Shown one piece after another: positions 21,966 to 33,821 of a stretch of 64,000 nucleotides of DNA (positions within the stretch are counted from its first letter, which is position 1; every line of letters begins with the position of its first letter). The notes under the pieces were generated by a model that ran no database searches, had not been told where the DNA came from, and saw only the letters and a program-made list of their open reading frames with translations. The stretch comes from Escherichia coli (GTDB lineage: Bacteria; Pseudomonadota; Gammaproteobacteria; Enterobacterales; Enterobacteriaceae): the NCBI RefSeq assembly GCF_041886205.1, contig NZ_CP169029.1; one strand, 5' to 3'. The translations under genes and the position numbers were made by a program.

Positions 21966-22847
21966 TCATTGATAACCCTGTTTTGCCGAGTCAGGCACAT
22001 CCAGCAGTTGAATAAATGCCTCAAGCGGACGCGTTTTCGCACCACGACGCCAGACCAGCCAGGTTGTTAACCAACGCCATTGCTCAGCTAACGGCCACGC
22101 TTCAACCTGGTGATGCCCCGGCATACTTTCCAGCATAGAGCGTGGAATAAGCGCAATGCCTGCTCCTGCGACCACACAGGCCAACATTCCGTGATAAGAC
22201 TCCATCTCATGGATAGTTCCCGGAGCGGCACCGTCAGCATGAAACCAGCTCTCGAAGTGGCGACGATACGAACAATTGGCGCGGAAGGCATAAATGTTAC
22301 TGCCGTTAACCTGACTGGCGCGGATTACTGGCGCATGACCTTGTGGCGTGACGATCATCAGCTCCTCGCGGTATACCGGTATCCCGTCAATGGCAGTATG
22401 GTTAATGGGCCCATCAATAAATGCCGCATTCAGTTTTCCCTCCAGCACCCCTTCCAGCATAGTGCCGGAAGGGCCGGTGGAAAGTGAAAACTGAATTTTG
22501 GGATAACGACGGTTGAATTCCGCCAGCGTGGCCGGAATGCGCACTGCTGCGGTGCTTTCCAGCGAACCAAGAGAAAATAAACCTTGCGGCTCATCGCCAG
22601 CGACAACGCTCCGCGCTTCATCCACTAACGCGAGAATTTGTTGGCTATAGCGTAAAAAGTTATGCCCGGCAGGAGAGAGACGTAAACGCTGATTCTCGCG
22701 AATAAACAGATCAACCCCCAGTTCTGTTTCCAGCTGGCGCAGACGGGTAGTGAGATTCGACGGCACGCGATGCACTTTTGCTGCAGCCTGGGTTATGCTG
22801 CCAGCTTCGGCAACCGCGTTGAACATCTCCAGTTGGGTCAGATCCAT
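21966..22847 (-). CDS. yneJ: LysR-family transcriptional regulator (293 aa)
   Basis: N-terminal [43 protein letters not shown]; divergent from sad. Confidence 0.9.
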   Translation of the reverse strand: MDLTQLEMFNAVAEAGSITQAAAKVHRVPSNLTTRLRQLETELGVDLFIRENQRLRLSPAGHNFLRYSQQILALVDEARSVVAGDEPQGLFSLGSLESTAAVRIPATLAEFNRRYPKIQFSLSTGPSGTMLEGVLEGKLNAAFIDGPINHTAIDGIPVYREELMIVTPQGHAPVIRASQVNGSNIYAFRANCSYRRHFESWFHADGAAPGTIHEMESYHGMLACVVAGAGIALIPRSMLESMPGHHQVEAWPLAEQWRWLTTWLVWRRGAKTRPLEAFIQLLDVPDSAKQGYQ

Positions 22848-22947
22848 AGCATTCTCGATTCGTGAATAAGTGGCTTAATATTATTCATTTTAAAGCAAGA
22901 GTAAATCTGCGTATCTTCATACCATGACTCATAAAGGAGATACCCCG

Positions 22948-24336
22948 ATGACCATTACTCCGGCAACTCATGCAATTTCGATAAATCCTGCCACGGGTGA
23001 ACAACTTTCTGTGCTGCCGTGGACTGGCGCTGACGATATCGAAAACGCACTTCAGCTGGCGGCAGCAGGCTTTCGCGACTGGCGCGAGACAAATATAGAT
23101 TATCGTGCTGAAAAACTGCGTGATATCGGTAAGGCTCTGCGCGCTCGTAGCGAAGAAATGGCGCAAATGATCACCCGCGAAATGGGCAAACCAATCAACC
23201 AGGCGCGCGCTGAAGTGGCGAAATCGGCGAATTTGTGTGACTGGTATGCAGAACATGGTCCGGCAATGCTGAAGGCGGAACCTACGCTGGTGGAAAATCA
23301 GCAGGCGGTTATTGAGTATCGACCGTTGGGGACGATTCTGGCGATTATGCCGTGGAATTTTCCGTTATGGCAGGTGATGCGTGGCGCTGTTCCCATCATT
23401 CTTGCAGGTAACGGCTACTTACTTAAACATGCGCCGAATGTGATGGGCTGTGCACAGCTCATTGCCCAGGTGTTTAAAGATGCGGGTATCCCACAAGGCG
23501 TATATGGCTGGCTGAATGCCGACAACGACGGTGTCAGTCAGATGATTAAAGACTCGCGCATTGCTGCTGTCACGGTGACCGGAAGTGTTCGTGCGGGAGC
23601 GGCTATTGGCGCACAGGCTGGAGCGGCACTGAAAAAATGCGTACTGGAACTGGGCGGTTCGGATCCGTTTATTGTGCTTAACGATGCCGATCTGGAACTG
23701 GCGGTGAAAGCGGCGGTAGCCGGACGTTATCAGAATACCGGACAGGTATGTGCAGCGGCAAAACGCTTTATTATCGAAGAGGGAATTGCTTCGGCATTTA
23801 CCGAACGTTTTGTGGCAGCTGCGGCAGCCTTGAAAATGGGCGATCCCCGTGACGAAGAGAACGCTCTCGGACCAATGGCTCGTTTTGATTTACGTGATGA
23901 GCTGCATCATCAGGTGGAGAAAACCCTGGCGCAGGGTGCGCGTTTGTTACTGGGCGGGGAAAAGATGGCTGGGGCAGGTAACTACTATCCGCCAACGGTT
24001 CTGGCGAATGTTACCCCAGAAATGACCGCGTTTCGGGAAGAAATGTTTGGCCCCGTTGCGGCAATCACCATTGCGAAAGATGCAGAACATGCACTGGAAC
24101 TGGCTAATGATAGTGAGTTCGGCCTTTCAGCGACCATTTTTACCACTGACGAAACACAGGCCAGACAGATGGCGGCACGTCTGGAATGCGGTGGGGTGTT
24201 TATCAATGGTTATTGTGCCAGCGACGCGCGAGTGGCCTTTGGTGGCGTGAAAAAGAGTGGCTTTGGTCGTGAGCTTTCCCATTTCGGCTTACACGAATTC
24301 TGTAATATCCAGACGGTGTGGAAAGACCGGATCTGA
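22948..24336 (+). CDS. sad: NAD-dependent succinate-semialdehyde dehydrogenase (462 aa)
   Basis: Aldehyde dehydrogenase family (catalytic Cys in GQVCAAAKR, Glu in ELGG); start at [10 protein letters not shown]. Confidence 0.9.
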   Translation: MTITPATHAISINPATGEQLSVLPWTGADDIENALQLAAAGFRDWRETNIDYRAEKLRDIGKALRARSEEMAQMITREMGKPINQARAEVAKSANLCDWYAEHGPAMLKAEPTLVENQQAVIEYRPLGTILAIMPWNFPLWQVMRGAVPIILAGNGYLLKHAPNVMGCAQLIAQVFKDAGIPQGVYGWLNADNDGVSQMIKDSRIAAVTVTGSVRAGAAIGAQAGAALKKCVLELGGSDPFIVLNDADLELAVKAAVAGRYQNTGQVCAAAKRFIIEEGIASAFTERFVAAAAALKMGDPRDEENALGPMARFDLRDELHHQVEKTLAQGARLLLGGEKMAGAGNYYPPTVLANVTPEMTAFREEMFGPVAAITIAKDAEHALELANDSEFGLSATIFTTDETQARQMAARLECGGVFINGYCASDARVAFGGVKKSGFGRELSHFGLHEFCNIQTVWKDRI

Positions 24337-24399
24337 CGCGACATATTCAGCTCTGATATACTCGCAGGTCTTTTCAGACCTGCGGTCCAGGAGTAGAAA

Positions 24400-25326
24400 G
24401 TGGCAGTCGCCATGGATAATGCAATTTTAGAAAACATCTTGCGGCAAGTGCGGCCGCTCATTGGTCAGGGTAAAGTCGCGGATTATATTCCGGCGCTGGC
24501 TACAGTAGACGGTTCCCGATTGGGGATTGCTATCTGTACCGTTGACGGACAGCTTTTTCAGGCCGGAGACGCGCAAGAACGTTTTTCCATTCAGTCTATT
24601 TCCAAAGTGCTGAGTCTCGTTGTCGCCATGCGTCATTACTCCGAAGAGGAAATCTGGCAACGCGTCGGCAAAGATCCGTCTGGATCACCGTTCAATTCCT
24701 TAGTGCAACTGGAAATGGAGCAGGGTATACCGCGTAATCCGTTCATTAATGCCGGTGCGCTGGTGGTCTGCGATATGTTGCAAGGGCGATTAAGCGCACC
24801 ACGGCAACGTATGCTGGAAGTCGTGCGCGGCTTAAGCGGTGTGTCTGATATTTCCTACGATACGGTGGTAGCGCGTTCCGAATTTGAACATTCCGCGCGA
24901 AATGCGGCTATCGCCTGGCTGATGAAGTCGTTTGGCAATTTCCATCATGACGTGACAACCGTTCTGCAAAACTACTTTCATTACTGCGCTCTGAAAATGA
25001 GCTGTGTAGAGCTGGCCCGGACGTTTGTCTTTCTGGCTAATCAGGGGAAAGCTATTCATATTGATGAACCAGTGGTGACGCCAATGCAGGCGCGGCAAAT
25101 TAACGCGCTGATGGCGACCAGTGGTATGTACCAGAACGCGGGGGAGTTTGCCTGGCGGGTGGGGCTACCGGCGAAATCTGGCGTTGGTGGCGGTATTGTG
25201 GCGATTGTTCCGCATGAAATGGCCATCGCTGTCTGGAGTCCGGAACTGGATGATGCAGGTAACTCGCTTGCGGGTATTGCCGTCCTTGAACAATTGACGA
25301 AACAGTTAGGGCGTTCGGTTTATTAA
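24400..25326 (+). CDS. glsB: Glutaminase 2 (308 aa)
   Basis: Serine-dependent glutaminase family sequence; conserved position. Confidence 0.9.
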   Translation: MAVAMDNAILENILRQVRPLIGQGKVADYIPALATVDGSRLGIAICTVDGQLFQAGDAQERFSIQSISKVLSLVVAMRHYSEEEIWQRVGKDPSGSPFNSLVQLEMEQGIPRNPFINAGALVVCDMLQGRLSAPRQRMLEVVRGLSGVSDISYDTVVARSEFEHSARNAAIAWLMKSFGNFHHDVTTVLQNYFHYCALKMSCVELARTFVFLANQGKAIHIDEPVVTPMQARQINALMATSGMYQNAGEFAWRVGLPAKSGVGGGIVAIVPHEMAIAVWSPELDDAGNSLAGIAVLEQLTKQLGRSVY

Positions 25327-25685
25327 TGCAGTCTCTCGATCCACTCTTCGCGCGTTTATCCCGTTCAAAATTTCGCTCTCGCTTTCGTCTGGGCATGAAA
25401 GAGCGTCAGTATTGCCTGGAGAAAGGCGCGCCAGTCATCGAACAACATGCGGCGGATTTTGTCGCTAAACGTCTTGCTCCGGCATTACCGGCTAATGACG
25501 GTAAGCAAACCCCCATGCGCGGGCATCCGGTGTTTATCGCTCAGCACGCCACCGCGACCTGCTGTCGCGGTTGTCTGGCTAAGTGGCATAACATTCCGCA
25601 GGGTGTTTCGTTAAGCGAAGAACAACAACGTTATATCGTGGCGGTAATCTATCACTGGCTGGTTGTACAGATGAATCAGCCATGA
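25326..25685 (+). CDS. yneG: Conserved hypothetical protein (119 aa), translationally coupled to glsB (TAATG)
   Basis: ATG overlaps the glsB stop. Confidence 0.85.
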   Translation: MQSLDPLFARLSRSKFRSRFRLGMKERQYCLEKGAPVIEQHAADFVAKRLAPALPANDGKQTPMRGHPVFIAQHATATCCRGCLAKWHNIPQGVSLSEEQQRYIVAVIYHWLVVQMNQP

Positions 25686-25853
25686 GAATTGCGGAAAACG
25701 ACAAAATAGCATTCCCAAGGTACCTTTATTTGCCGCCGCTGTCAGCGAACATGCTATCCTTTATGAGAATTTACTTATTACGTTGAGATAATTGCCACCC
25801 GCAATTGTATGGACAGATAATTAATACATGTACACCCCATTTCAACTTTCCGT

Positions 25854-27242
25854 TTGTTCCAGGAAGGTCATCTGCTACGTAATAGCATCGCTATTTTTGC
25901 GCTAACCACGCTGTTCTATTTTATTGGTGCAGAGTTACGGCTGGTTCACGAACTTTCTCTTTTCTGGCCGCTGAATGGCGTAATGGCGGGGGTGTTTGCC
26001 CGCTATGTCTGGCTTAATCGACTGCATTACTATGCGATCAGTTATGTGGCGATGCTGGTTTATGATGCCATAACCACCGAATGGGGACTGGTTTCACTGG
26101 TTATCAATTTCTCCAATATGATGTTTATTGTTACCGTCGCCTTACTGGTCGTGCGGGATAAGCGTCTGGGGAAAAATAAGTATGAGCCAGTAAGTGCCTT
26201 ACGGCTATTTAATTACTGTCTCATTGCCGCATTATTATGCGCTATTGTCGGGGCGATTGGTTCGGTCAGTATTGATAGTCTGGATTTCTGGCCTTTGCTT
26301 GCGGACTGGTTCAGTGAGCAATTCTCAACGGGCGTGTTGATCGTGCCTTGTATGCTGACGTTGGCTATTCCTGGAGTGCTGCCGCGCTTTAAAGCAGAAC
26401 AGATGATGCCCGCCATCGCGCTTATTGTGTCGGTTATTGCCTCGGTAGTCATTGGCGGAGCGGGGAGTCTGGCGTTTCCGCTGCCTGCATTAATCTGGTG
26501 TGCAGTGCGCTATACGCCGCAGGTAACATGTCTGTTGACCTTTGTCACCGGTGCGGTGGAAATCGTACTGATAGCAAATTCGGTGATTGATGTCTCGGTC
26601 GGTTCGCCGTTCTCCATTCCGGAAATGTTCTCCGCACGTCTCGGTATTGCCACGATGGCGATATGCCCAATTATGGTTTCTTTTAGCGTGGCAGCGATCA
26701 ATTCGCTAATGAAGCAAGTTGCGCTGCGAGCCGACTTTGATTTTCTGACTCAGGTTTACTCACGGTCCGGTCTTTATGAGGCGCTGAAAAGTCCATCGCT
26801 GAAACAGACACAACATCTGACTGTCATGCTGCTTGATATCGACTATTTCAAAAGTATTAACGATAACTATGGACATGAATGTGGCGATAAAGTGTTAAGC
26901 GTGTTTGCAAGGCATATTCAGAAGATTGTCGGTGATAAGGGGCTGGTGGCACGAATGGGCGGCGAAGAATTTGCTGTTGCAGTGCCGTCGGTGAATCCTG
27001 TCGATGGTCTGCTAATGGCGGAAAAAATCCGTAAAGGCGTTGAACTGCAACCATTCACCTGGCAACAAAAAACGCTTTATCTCACGGTAAGTATTGGCGT
27101 CGGTAGTGGTTGCGCATCGTACCGAACGCTGACCGATGACTTTAATAAATTGATGGTCGAAGCCGATACGTGTCTGTATCGCTCGAAGAAAGATGGGCGC
27201 AACCGTACCAGCACTATGCGTTACGGTGAGGAAGTTGTCTGA
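25854..27242 (+). CDS. dgcF: Membrane-anchored diguanylate cyclase (MASE-like + GGDEF); start uncertain
   Basis: C-terminal GGDEF with RMGGEEF; the ORF-track start at 25854 is a TTG and the true start is probably an internal ATG. Confidence 0.8.
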   Translation: MFQEGHLLRNSIAIFALTTLFYFIGAELRLVHELSLFWPLNGVMAGVFARYVWLNRLHYYAISYVAMLVYDAITTEWGLVSLVINFSNMMFIVTVALLVVRDKRLGKNKYEPVSALRLFNYCLIAALLCAIVGAIGSVSIDSLDFWPLLADWFSEQFSTGVLIVPCMLTLAIPGVLPRFKAEQMMPAIALIVSVIASVVIGGAGSLAFPLPALIWCAVRYTPQVTCLLTFVTGAVEIVLIANSVIDVSVGSPFSIPEMFSARLGIATMAICPIMVSFSVAAINSLMKQVALRADFDFLTQVYSRSGLYEALKSPSLKQTQHLTVMLLDIDYFKSINDNYGHECGDKVLSVFARHIQKIVGDKGLVARMGGEEFAVAVPSVNPVDGLLMAEKIRKGVELQPFTWQQKTLYLTVSIGVGSGCASYRTLTDDFNKLMVEADTCLYRSKKDGRNRTSTMRYGEEVV

Positions 27243-27468
27243 TATCTTTATTCATTCCGCGCGATTTGAATGCAATGTGTTCTACCACTTTATGATCCAG
27301 GAAAAGGCGTATTTCCTCGATTAAACCATGATCCGCGCCACACTTTTCTCATAAAACTGCTCATTAATCATCAGGAGTTGATCAAAACAGGGGTTCAGCG
27401 TATTAAAGTTTGCTAACCTGTCGTACCAATTCAAACAGGTTGTATGACTAATCAGAAGGGAACCCATT

Positions 27469-28920
27469 GTGAAAACACTAAATCGTCGCGATTTTCCCGG
27501 TGCACAGTATCCAGAACGTATCATTCAGTTTGGTGAAGGTAACTTCCTGCGCGCCTTTGTTGACTGGCAAATCGATCTCCTGAATGAGCACACCGATCTG
27601 AATTCTGGCGTGGTCGTTGTTCGTCCGATTGAAACTTCATTCCCGCCGTCACTGAGCACGCAGGATGGTCTGTATACCACCATTATCCGTGGCCTGAATG
27701 AGAAGGGGGAAGCGGTCAGCGACGCGCGTCTGATTCGCTCGGTTAATCGTGAAATCAGCGTCTACAGTGAATACGATGAATTCCTGAAACTGGCTCACAA
27801 CCCGGAAATGCGCTTTGTTTTCTCTAACACCACCGAAGCGGGTATCAGCTACCATGCGGGCGATAAATTCGATGACGCGCCAGCGGTAAGCTATCCGGCA
27901 AAACTGACCCGTCTGCTGTTCGAACGCTTTAGCCATTTCAACGGTGCGCTGGATAAAGGTTGGATCATCATCCCGTGTGAGTTGATCGACTACAATGGCG
28001 ACGCGTTGCGTGAACTGGTGCTGCGCTATGCGCAAGAGTGGGCACTGCCAGAAGCATTTATTCAATGGCTGGATCAGGCTAACAGCTTCTGTTCTACACT
28101 GGTGGACCGTATCGTTACCGGCTATCCGCGTGATGAAGTGGCTAAACTGGAAGAAGAACTGGGTTATCACGATGGTTTCCTCGACACCGCTGAACACTTT
28201 TACCTGTTTGTGATTCAGGGGCCGAAATCCTTAGCGACTGAACTGCGTCTGGACAAATATCCGCTCAACGTGCTGATTGTTGACGATATTAAACCGTACA
28301 AAGAACGCAAAGTGGCAATCCTCAACGGTGCGCACACCGCGCTGGTGCCGGTGGCGTTCCAGGCAGGGTTGGATACCGTAGGTGAAGCGATGAACGATGC
28401 TGAAATTTGCGCATTCGTTGAAAAAGCCATCTACGAAGAAATTATTCCGGTTCTGGATTTGCCTCGCGATGAACTGGAGTCTTTCGCCAGTGCAGTCACC
28501 GGGCGTTTCCGTAACCCGTACATCAAGCATCAGCTGCTGTCTATCGCGCTCAACGGTATGACCAAGTTCCGCACCCGCATCCTGCCGCAGCTGCTGGCAG
28601 GGCAGAAGGCAAAAGGCACGCTTCCGGCGCGCCTTACTTTCGCATTAGCGGCATTGATTGCCTTCTATCGCGGTGAGCGTAACGGAGAAACATATCCGGT
28701 ACAGGACGATGCACACTGGCTGGAACGTTATCAGCAACTCTGGAACCAGCATCGTGACCGTGTCATCGGCACCCAGGAACTGGTAGCGATTGTTTTGGCA
28801 GAAAAAGACCACTGGGAGCAGGACCTGACGCAAGTGCCTGGTCTGGTCGAGCAGGTTGCTAATGACCTGGATGCGATTCTTGAAAAAGGGATGCGCGAAG
28901 CTGTACGTCCGTTGTGCTAA
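27469..28920 (+). CDS. uxaB: Altronate oxidoreductase (tagaturonate reductase, 483 aa)
   Basis: Mannitol dehydrogenase-family fold; [30 protein letters not shown]. Confidence 0.95.
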   Translation: MKTLNRRDFPGAQYPERIIQFGEGNFLRAFVDWQIDLLNEHTDLNSGVVVVRPIETSFPPSLSTQDGLYTTIIRGLNEKGEAVSDARLIRSVNREISVYSEYDEFLKLAHNPEMRFVFSNTTEAGISYHAGDKFDDAPAVSYPAKLTRLLFERFSHFNGALDKGWIIIPCELIDYNGDALRELVLRYAQEWALPEAFIQWLDQANSFCSTLVDRIVTGYPRDEVAKLEEELGYHDGFLDTAEHFYLFVIQGPKSLATELRLDKYPLNVLIVDDIKPYKERKVAILNGAHTALVPVAFQAGLDTVGEAMNDAEICAFVEKAIYEEIIPVLDLPRDELESFASAVTGRFRNPYIKHQLLSIALNGMTKFRTRILPQLLAGQKAKGTLPARLTFALAALIAFYRGERNGETYPVQDDAHWLERYQQLWNQHRDRVIGTQELVAIVLAEKDHWEQDLTQVPGLVEQVANDLDAILEKGMREAVRPLC

Positions 28921-28937
28921 TAACACCGTTACTTCTG

Positions 28938-28965
28938 AACCCGGTTTCGACCGGGTTTCTTCTTT
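28938..28965 (+). terminator. Rho-independent terminator after uxaB (AACCCGG-tttcga-CCGGGTT + T-rich)
   Basis: Stem-loop plus TCTTCTTT read directly. Confidence 0.5.
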
Positions 28966-29126
28966 CACCATATTAGTTACAACATCCTATGTGCCTTTAT
29001 CATTAACAGGTGCCACATGCAGCGCCTGTTAATGTTGTAAGCTTATAGGTAATTTGTAAGTAGCGTCTTGAGAATGTGATCGTAATCACGTTTAATAGGG
29101 CGACTTTTCCACGCCTGAAGATAACC

Positions 29127-30041
29127 ATGATTGTTCGTCCACAACAACACTGGCTGCGCCGTATTTTTGTCTGGCACGGCTCAGTATTATCCAAGATATC
29201 CTCGCGCTTACTACTCAATTTTCTCTTTTCTATCGCTGTTATTTTCATGCTGCCCTGGTACACGCATCTGGGCATCAAATTCACCCTCGCACCGTTCAGC
29301 ATTCTCGGTGTTGCCATCGCCATTTTTCTTGGTTTTCGTAATAATGCCGGTTACGCCCGTTACGTTGAAGCGCGAAAACTTTGGGGGCAGTTGATGATTG
29401 CCTCACGGTCGTTACTACGTGAGGTAAAAACGACATTGCCGGATTCGGCAAGTGTAAGGGAGTTTGCCAGGCTGCAAATCGCCTTCGCTCACTGTTTACG
29501 CATGACATTACGCAAACAGCCACAGGCGGAAGTGCTGGCACATTATCTCAAGACTGAAGATCTTCAGCGTGTACTGGCTTCGAACTCTCCAGCTAACCGT
29601 ATCTTGTTAATAATGGGGGAGTGGTTGGCGGTTCAGCGCCGCAATGGGCAGCTTTCAGATATCCTGTTTATTAGCCTCAACGATCGGCTTAACGATATTT
29701 CAGCGGTTCTGGCAGGCTGTGAGCGCATTGCCTACACGCCAATTCCCTTTGCCTACACCCTGATTTTGCATCGTACCGTTTATCTGTTTTGTATCATGCT
29801 GCCGTTCGCGCTAGTCGTGGACCTGCATTACATGACGCCTTTTATCTCTGTGCTGATTTCCTATACTTTTATTTCGCTGGATTGTCTGGCGGAAGAACTG
29901 GAAGATCCGTTCGGTACTGAAAACAATGATTTACCGCTGGATGCCATCTGCAACGCTATTGAAATTGACCTGTTACAGATGAACGATGAAGCCGAAATTC
30001 CAGCAAAAATTCTTCCCGATCGTCATTACCAGCTGACGTGA
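29127..30041 (+). CDS. yneE: Bestrophin-family membrane protein (304 aa)
   Basis: Multi-TM ORF; start at internal ATG 29127 (MIVRPQQHW) rather than the ORF-track 29076. Confidence 0.85.
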   Translation: MIVRPQQHWLRRIFVWHGSVLSKISSRLLLNFLFSIAVIFMLPWYTHLGIKFTLAPFSILGVAIAIFLGFRNNAGYARYVEARKLWGQLMIASRSLLREVKTTLPDSASVREFARLQIAFAHCLRMTLRKQPQAEVLAHYLKTEDLQRVLASNSPANRILLIMGEWLAVQRRNGQLSDILFISLNDRLNDISAVLAGCERIAYTPIPFAYTLILHRTVYLFCIMLPFALVVDLHYMTPFISVLISYTFISLDCLAEELEDPFGTENNDLPLDAICNAIEIDLLQMNDEAEIPAKILPDRHYQLT

Positions 30042-30044
30042 TAA

Positions 30045-30803
30045 TTACTCCGTACGGCGGGCAACAATAAAAAGACGCGGAAATGCCAGCAGTATCTGTC
30101 CGTTCTCTTGCAGTGGATACTGCTCTTCCAGCATCTGATGGTAGCGCGTAAGAAAAAGCTGCTGTTCGCTCTCGGTCAGATCCTGTAACCACGGACGTAA
30201 TCCAGTGGCGGTCACCCAATCGATAATCGCCTGGTGCGACGGCATCTGGTGATAGTAGGTGGTTCGCCAGATATCGACCTCACATCCGGCTTCGCTCAAA
30301 ATATCGTAGTAAGCATGAACGCCAGCCAACGGCTCACGCCCGCGATCCGGGTAGTTTTGTTCCCAGGCAACTTCGCGCATGAGCACATGGGTCGGCTCCA
30401 GCCAGTTATCTGGCATCTGTACTGCCAGCACGCCCTGCGGATTAAGTAAAGAAACCAAGTGAGGAAACAATTCGTAGTGGTCGGGCAGCCATTGCAGTGA
30501 GGCATTAGCAAAAATCAGATCGAGTGCCTGTTCCGGTTGCCAGTTGCGGATGTCTGCTTCCACGAACTGGCAGTCTGGCAAAGCACTGCGCGCTTCAGCA
30601 ATCATCGCCGGAGACGAGTCGATGCCTGTTATCCTGGCCGCAGGCCAACGTTGATGCAGCAGGGCGGTGCTGTTACCTGGGCCACAGCCAAGATCGGCAA
30701 CGTATTTGATATTCTCCAGCGGCACTCTGGCAAGCAGCTCCACCGCCGGACGCGATCGTTCAGCGGCAAAGTGCAGATATAAAGAGGGGTTCCAGTCAGA
30801 CAT
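30045..30803 (-). CDS. tam: trans-Aconitate 2-methyltransferase (252 aa)
   Basis: SAM-dependent methyltransferase motif [10 protein letters not shown]. Confidence 0.9.
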   Translation of the reverse strand: MSDWNPSLYLHFAAERSRPAVELLARVPLENIKYVADLGCGPGNSTALLHQRWPAARITGIDSSPAMIAEARSALPDCQFVEADIRNWQPEQALDLIFANASLQWLPDHYELFPHLVSLLNPQGVLAVQMPDNWLEPTHVLMREVAWEQNYPDRGREPLAGVHAYYDILSEAGCEVDIWRTTYYHQMPSHQAIIDWVTATGLRPWLQDLTESEQQLFLTRYHQMLEEQYPLQENGQILLAFPRLFIVARRTE

Positions 30804-32606
30804 TTATTTACTCCCGTCAGCGCGTTACCCCAATTGTAGATAAAACTGTTGACATCCTCCACGCCCTGAATGACGAGGATCCTGCTACGTTCAGGCTGTC
30901 GCCTGAATCATTTCGGTGGGTTCCTGCTTCAACGGGCGGCCTGACTGCACCATCCCTCCACAGGCAAGAACGGCGTGCCCCGCCGCTAAAATGTTACGAG
31001 CGCCATTTACATCGGCGTTCGCTGTATATCCACATACCTGGCATCTGAATTTACTTTGTGACAGGCGGTTCTCTTTCGCTGTATGACCACAGTACGCGCA
31101 ACGCTGGCTTGTATACGCTGGCGGAACAGCAAGCACCTGACCGCCACGCCAGAGCTGCTTGTACTCAAGCTGGCGGCGCATTTCATACCAGCCCTGATCC
31201 AGTATCGAACGGTTTAAACCTGATTTTGCCCGGACATTGCGCCCCGGCTGGCTGACCGTACCCGCTGCTGACTTTGACATGTTGCTGACCTTCAAATCCT
31301 CAATGACTATCATTGCGTGGTTTTTGCTGACGGTCGTTGTGACTTTGTGAAGGTAGTCCCTGCGGATATTTGCGATACGGGAATGCAGTCGCTGTATTTT
31401 GCGTTTCTGCTTCTGCCAGTTGTTGCTGAATTTGACCTTGCGGCTTAACTGTCGCTGAAGTCTCGCCAGCTTCTTCTGGTTTTTCTGAAAACTGTTTACA
31501 GGCTCAAAGACTGTACCATCTGACAGCGTGGCGAGTTTAGCCACGCCAGCATCCAGCCCGATCATTGATGCTGAAGGGTGAACCGGAGTTGATACTTCAC
31601 TTTCTGTCTGAATACTGATGTGCCACTTACCGCAGGACTGGCTGACCGTGACATTTTTCACAACACCCGTGACCTGACGGCTATTCCGGTAGCGCATCCA
31701 GCCCAGTTTCGGCAGAAAAATACGGCTGTTTTCCTGATCGAGCTTAACGCCCTGCGGGTAGCGGAATGCATCATTCTGTCCCCGCTTTTTGAATCGGGGA
31801 AAAGCAGCCCGCTTCTGGAAGAAGTTTTTGTAAGCCCGCTCAAGGTCTTTCAGTGACTGTTGCAATGGCTGTGACGGGGCATCTTTAAGCCATTGCGTTT
31901 CAGTGGCATTTTTCCACTCAACCAGCCAGGAAGCCATTTTCCCGTAAGGGATGTATTTATTACCGGCCTCATGATTCTCATTCTGACGTGCCAGAGCACG
32001 ATTGAAAACGAAACGACATGCGCCTGCGAAGCGCCTCATTTCACGCTCCTGTTGACCACCGGGTCTTAACTGGAATTTAAATGCCTGTAGTCGTTTCACA
32101 GGTCAAATTATATTTTGGTCTGTGAAAAAAGAAACCGATATCCGGCGTGGAAGGCATTGTGTTTTCCTGAAGCATGTTCACATGGTCTTTGTCACCAAAT
32201 ACCGACGCCAGATTTTTGACCATGACGCGACAGAAAAACTACGCACTTACTTTTCAAATGTATGTGCTGATTTTGAAGCTGAACTGGTTGAAATGGATGG
32301 CGAACCAGATCACGTCCATTTGTTAATTAACTATCCTCCCAAACTGGCGATATCCAGTCTGATAAACAGCCTCAAAAGCGTATCGGGTAGGTTACTGCGA
32401 CGAGATCGACCAGATATTGCAGTCAGGTATTACTACAAAGGCGTTTTGTGGAGTCCTGGCTATTTTGCCAGTAGCTGCGGAGGTGCGCCAATATCCGTCA
32501 TCCGCCAATACATTGAACAACAGCAAACACCTGGTCAGGTGGAAAACCGCGCCTTATATCCCCGCCCTGAAGGACGGGGTTTTACGGCGCACCGGATAAA
32601 TTCGCC
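30804..32606. mobile_element. IS200/IS605-family insertion sequence with divergent tnpB and tnpA between tam and lsrG; ends approximate
   Basis: Y1 HuH transposase gene and TnpB gene back to back (starts 22 bp apart), occupying the whole 1.8-kb interval between tam and lsrG; imperfect hairpins at both ends. Confidence 0.8.
30891..32099 (-). CDS. tnpB: TnpB (IS605 OrfB), RuvC-like RNA-guided nuclease, 402 aa, apparently intact
   Basis: RuvC-I (IGLDAGV), RuvC-II ([13 protein letters not shown]), zinc finger (CAYCGH...[18 protein letters not shown]) all present, no internal stops. Confidence 0.9.
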   Translation of the reverse strand: MKRLQAFKFQLRPGGQQEREMRRFAGACRFVFNRALARQNENHEAGNKYIPYGKMASWLVEWKNATETQWLKDAPSQPLQQSLKDLERAYKNFFQKRAAFPRFKKRGQNDAFRYPQGVKLDQENSRIFLPKLGWMRYRNSRQVTGVVKNVTVSQSCGKWHISIQTESEVSTPVHPSASMIGLDAGVAKLATLSDGTVFEPVNSFQKNQKKLARLQRQLSRKVKFSNNWQKQKRKIQRLHSRIANIRRDYLHKVTTTVSKNHAMIVIEDLKVSNMSKSAAGTVSQPGRNVRAKSGLNRSILDQGWYEMRRQLEYKQLWRGGQVLAVPPAYTSQRCAYCGHTAKENRLSQSKFRCQVCGYTANADVNGARNILAAGHAVLACGGMVQSGRPLKQEPTEMIQATA

Positions 32607-32688
32607 TCACGGCATCAACCCATTGAACAGACGTTTTTTACGCGGCCCGGTCATTAAAGATTCCAGTTTCGCGACACAGGTTTTGTAG
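32122..32688 (+). CDS. tnpA: TnpA, IS200-type Y1 (HuH) transposase; C-terminal extent uncertain (ORF runs to 188 aa and overlaps the lsrG 3' end)
   Basis: HuH motif (HVHLLINY) and tyrosine-containing C-terminal region (YIEQQ); typical family members are about 140-155 aa. Confidence 0.8.
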   Translation: MKKETDIRRGRHCVFLKHVHMVFVTKYRRQIFDHDATEKLRTYFSNVCADFEAELVEMDGEPDHVHLLINYPPKLAISSLINSLKSVSGRLLRRDRPDIAVRYYYKGVLWSPGYFASSCGGAPISVIRQYIEQQQTPGQVENRALYPRPEGRGFTAHRINSPHGINPLNRRFLRGPVIKDSSFATQVL

Positions 32689-32894
32689 TGGGGCGTGGTT
32701 TTATGGAACGCCACTGCGTCTTCATCTTTATAGGCTTCGTAGATATAAAAGCGCGAATTCACTTCCGGGTCCTGTAAGACATCGAAGCGCAAATTGCCTT
32801 CTTCCTGTACAGAGCCCAGGTGGTTCTGGCGAAAAACTTCGATAAACTCGTCAACCTTGTCTTCATGAACGTTAATTTCAACCAGTGTGACGTG
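32607..32894 (-). CDS. lsrG: (4S)-4-hydroxy-5-phosphonooxypentane-2,3-dione isomerase (96 aa)
   Basis: ABM-domain ORF starting [10 protein letters not shown]; last gene of the lsr operon. Confidence 0.9.
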   Translation of the reverse strand, partial: HVTLVEINVHEDKVDEFIEVFRQNHLGSVQEEGNLRFDVLQDPEVNSRFYIYEAYKDEDAVAFHKTTPHYKTCVAKLESLMTGPRKKRLFNGLMP

Positions 32895-32919
32895 CATGTT
32901 TCTTCTCCTTAATCCGCAG

Positions 32920-33795
32920 TTACTGTTTTTCACTCAGATAGAGTTCATATGCCCGATCAGCCGTTTCGTTATGGTGTACCACCGCCTGTACGGCTTTCAT
33001 CATCGCCACCGGATGGTCAGACTGGAAAATATTACGCCCCATATCCACACCAGAAGCGCCCTGATCGATAGCCTGCCAGCACATTTCCAGCGCCTCGCGC
33101 TCCGGTAATTTTTTACCGCCAGCAATAACAATGGGTACCGGACATCCGGCAACAATCCGTTCAAAACCTTTATCGACATAATAGGTTTTGATAATTTGCG
33201 CCCCCATTTCAGCGGCGATTCGAGTCGCGAGCGAGAAATAACGCTGATCGCGCACCATATCTTTGCCCACGCCTGTCACGGCCATGGTCGGCATTCCCAC
33301 TTTCATTCCGGCATCAACCAGCTGAATAATATTTTTGATCGACTGATGTTCATATTCGCTGCCGATATAAACCTGCGCCGCCACCGCGCAACTGTTCAGG
33401 CGCACGGCGTCATCCATCGATAACGCCACGGCTTCATTACTTAATTCCGCCAGAATAGAGTTCGCACCTGACGCCCGCAGTACCACCGGCCTATTGGTCG
33501 CAGGGGGAACTACGCTGCGCAAAATGCCGCGCGTACACATTAATACATCGGCATGTTCAAACAGCGGGGCGATATTTATATCAATGCGTTCAAGTCCGGT
33601 AGTCGGTCCCTGAAAATAACCATGGTCAAAAGCCAGCATCACGGTTTTACCCGTTTTCGGATTAAATATCCGCGATAAGCGTGACTGCATTCCCCAATCC
33701 AGCGCACCGCAACCTTTCAGGGTAAAAGGGATATTTTTTTGCGGTTGATCGGTACGAAAATCTTTACCATCTTTAATATCGTCTAAATCTGCCAT
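32920..33795 (-). CDS. lsrF: 3-hydroxy-5-phosphonooxypentane-2,4-dione thiolase, DeoC/aldolase family (291 aa)
   Basis: Class I aldolase-like sequence in conserved lsr position. Confidence 0.9.
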   Translation of the reverse strand: MADLDDIKDGKDFRTDQPQKNIPFTLKGCGALDWGMQSRLSRIFNPKTGKTVMLAFDHGYFQGPTTGLERIDINIAPLFEHADVLMCTRGILRSVVPPATNRPVVLRASGANSILAELSNEAVALSMDDAVRLNSCAVAAQVYIGSEYEHQSIKNIIQLVDAGMKVGMPTMAVTGVGKDMVRDQRYFSLATRIAAEMGAQIIKTYYVDKGFERIVAGCPVPIVIAGGKKLPEREALEMCWQAIDQGASGVDMGRNIFQSDHPVAMMKAVQAVVHHNETADRAYELYLSEKQ

Positions 33796-33821
33796 AACTT
33801 ACTCCGGTTAAGTAATGCACA

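Noticed and set aside
32122-32688. Possibility that tnpA and tnpB are unrelated genes and not one IS
   Set aside because: The back-to-back arrangement of a Y1 HuH transposase and a TnpB with hairpin-bearing ends, filling an interval that joins two otherwise adjacent host genes, is the standard IS605-type layout.
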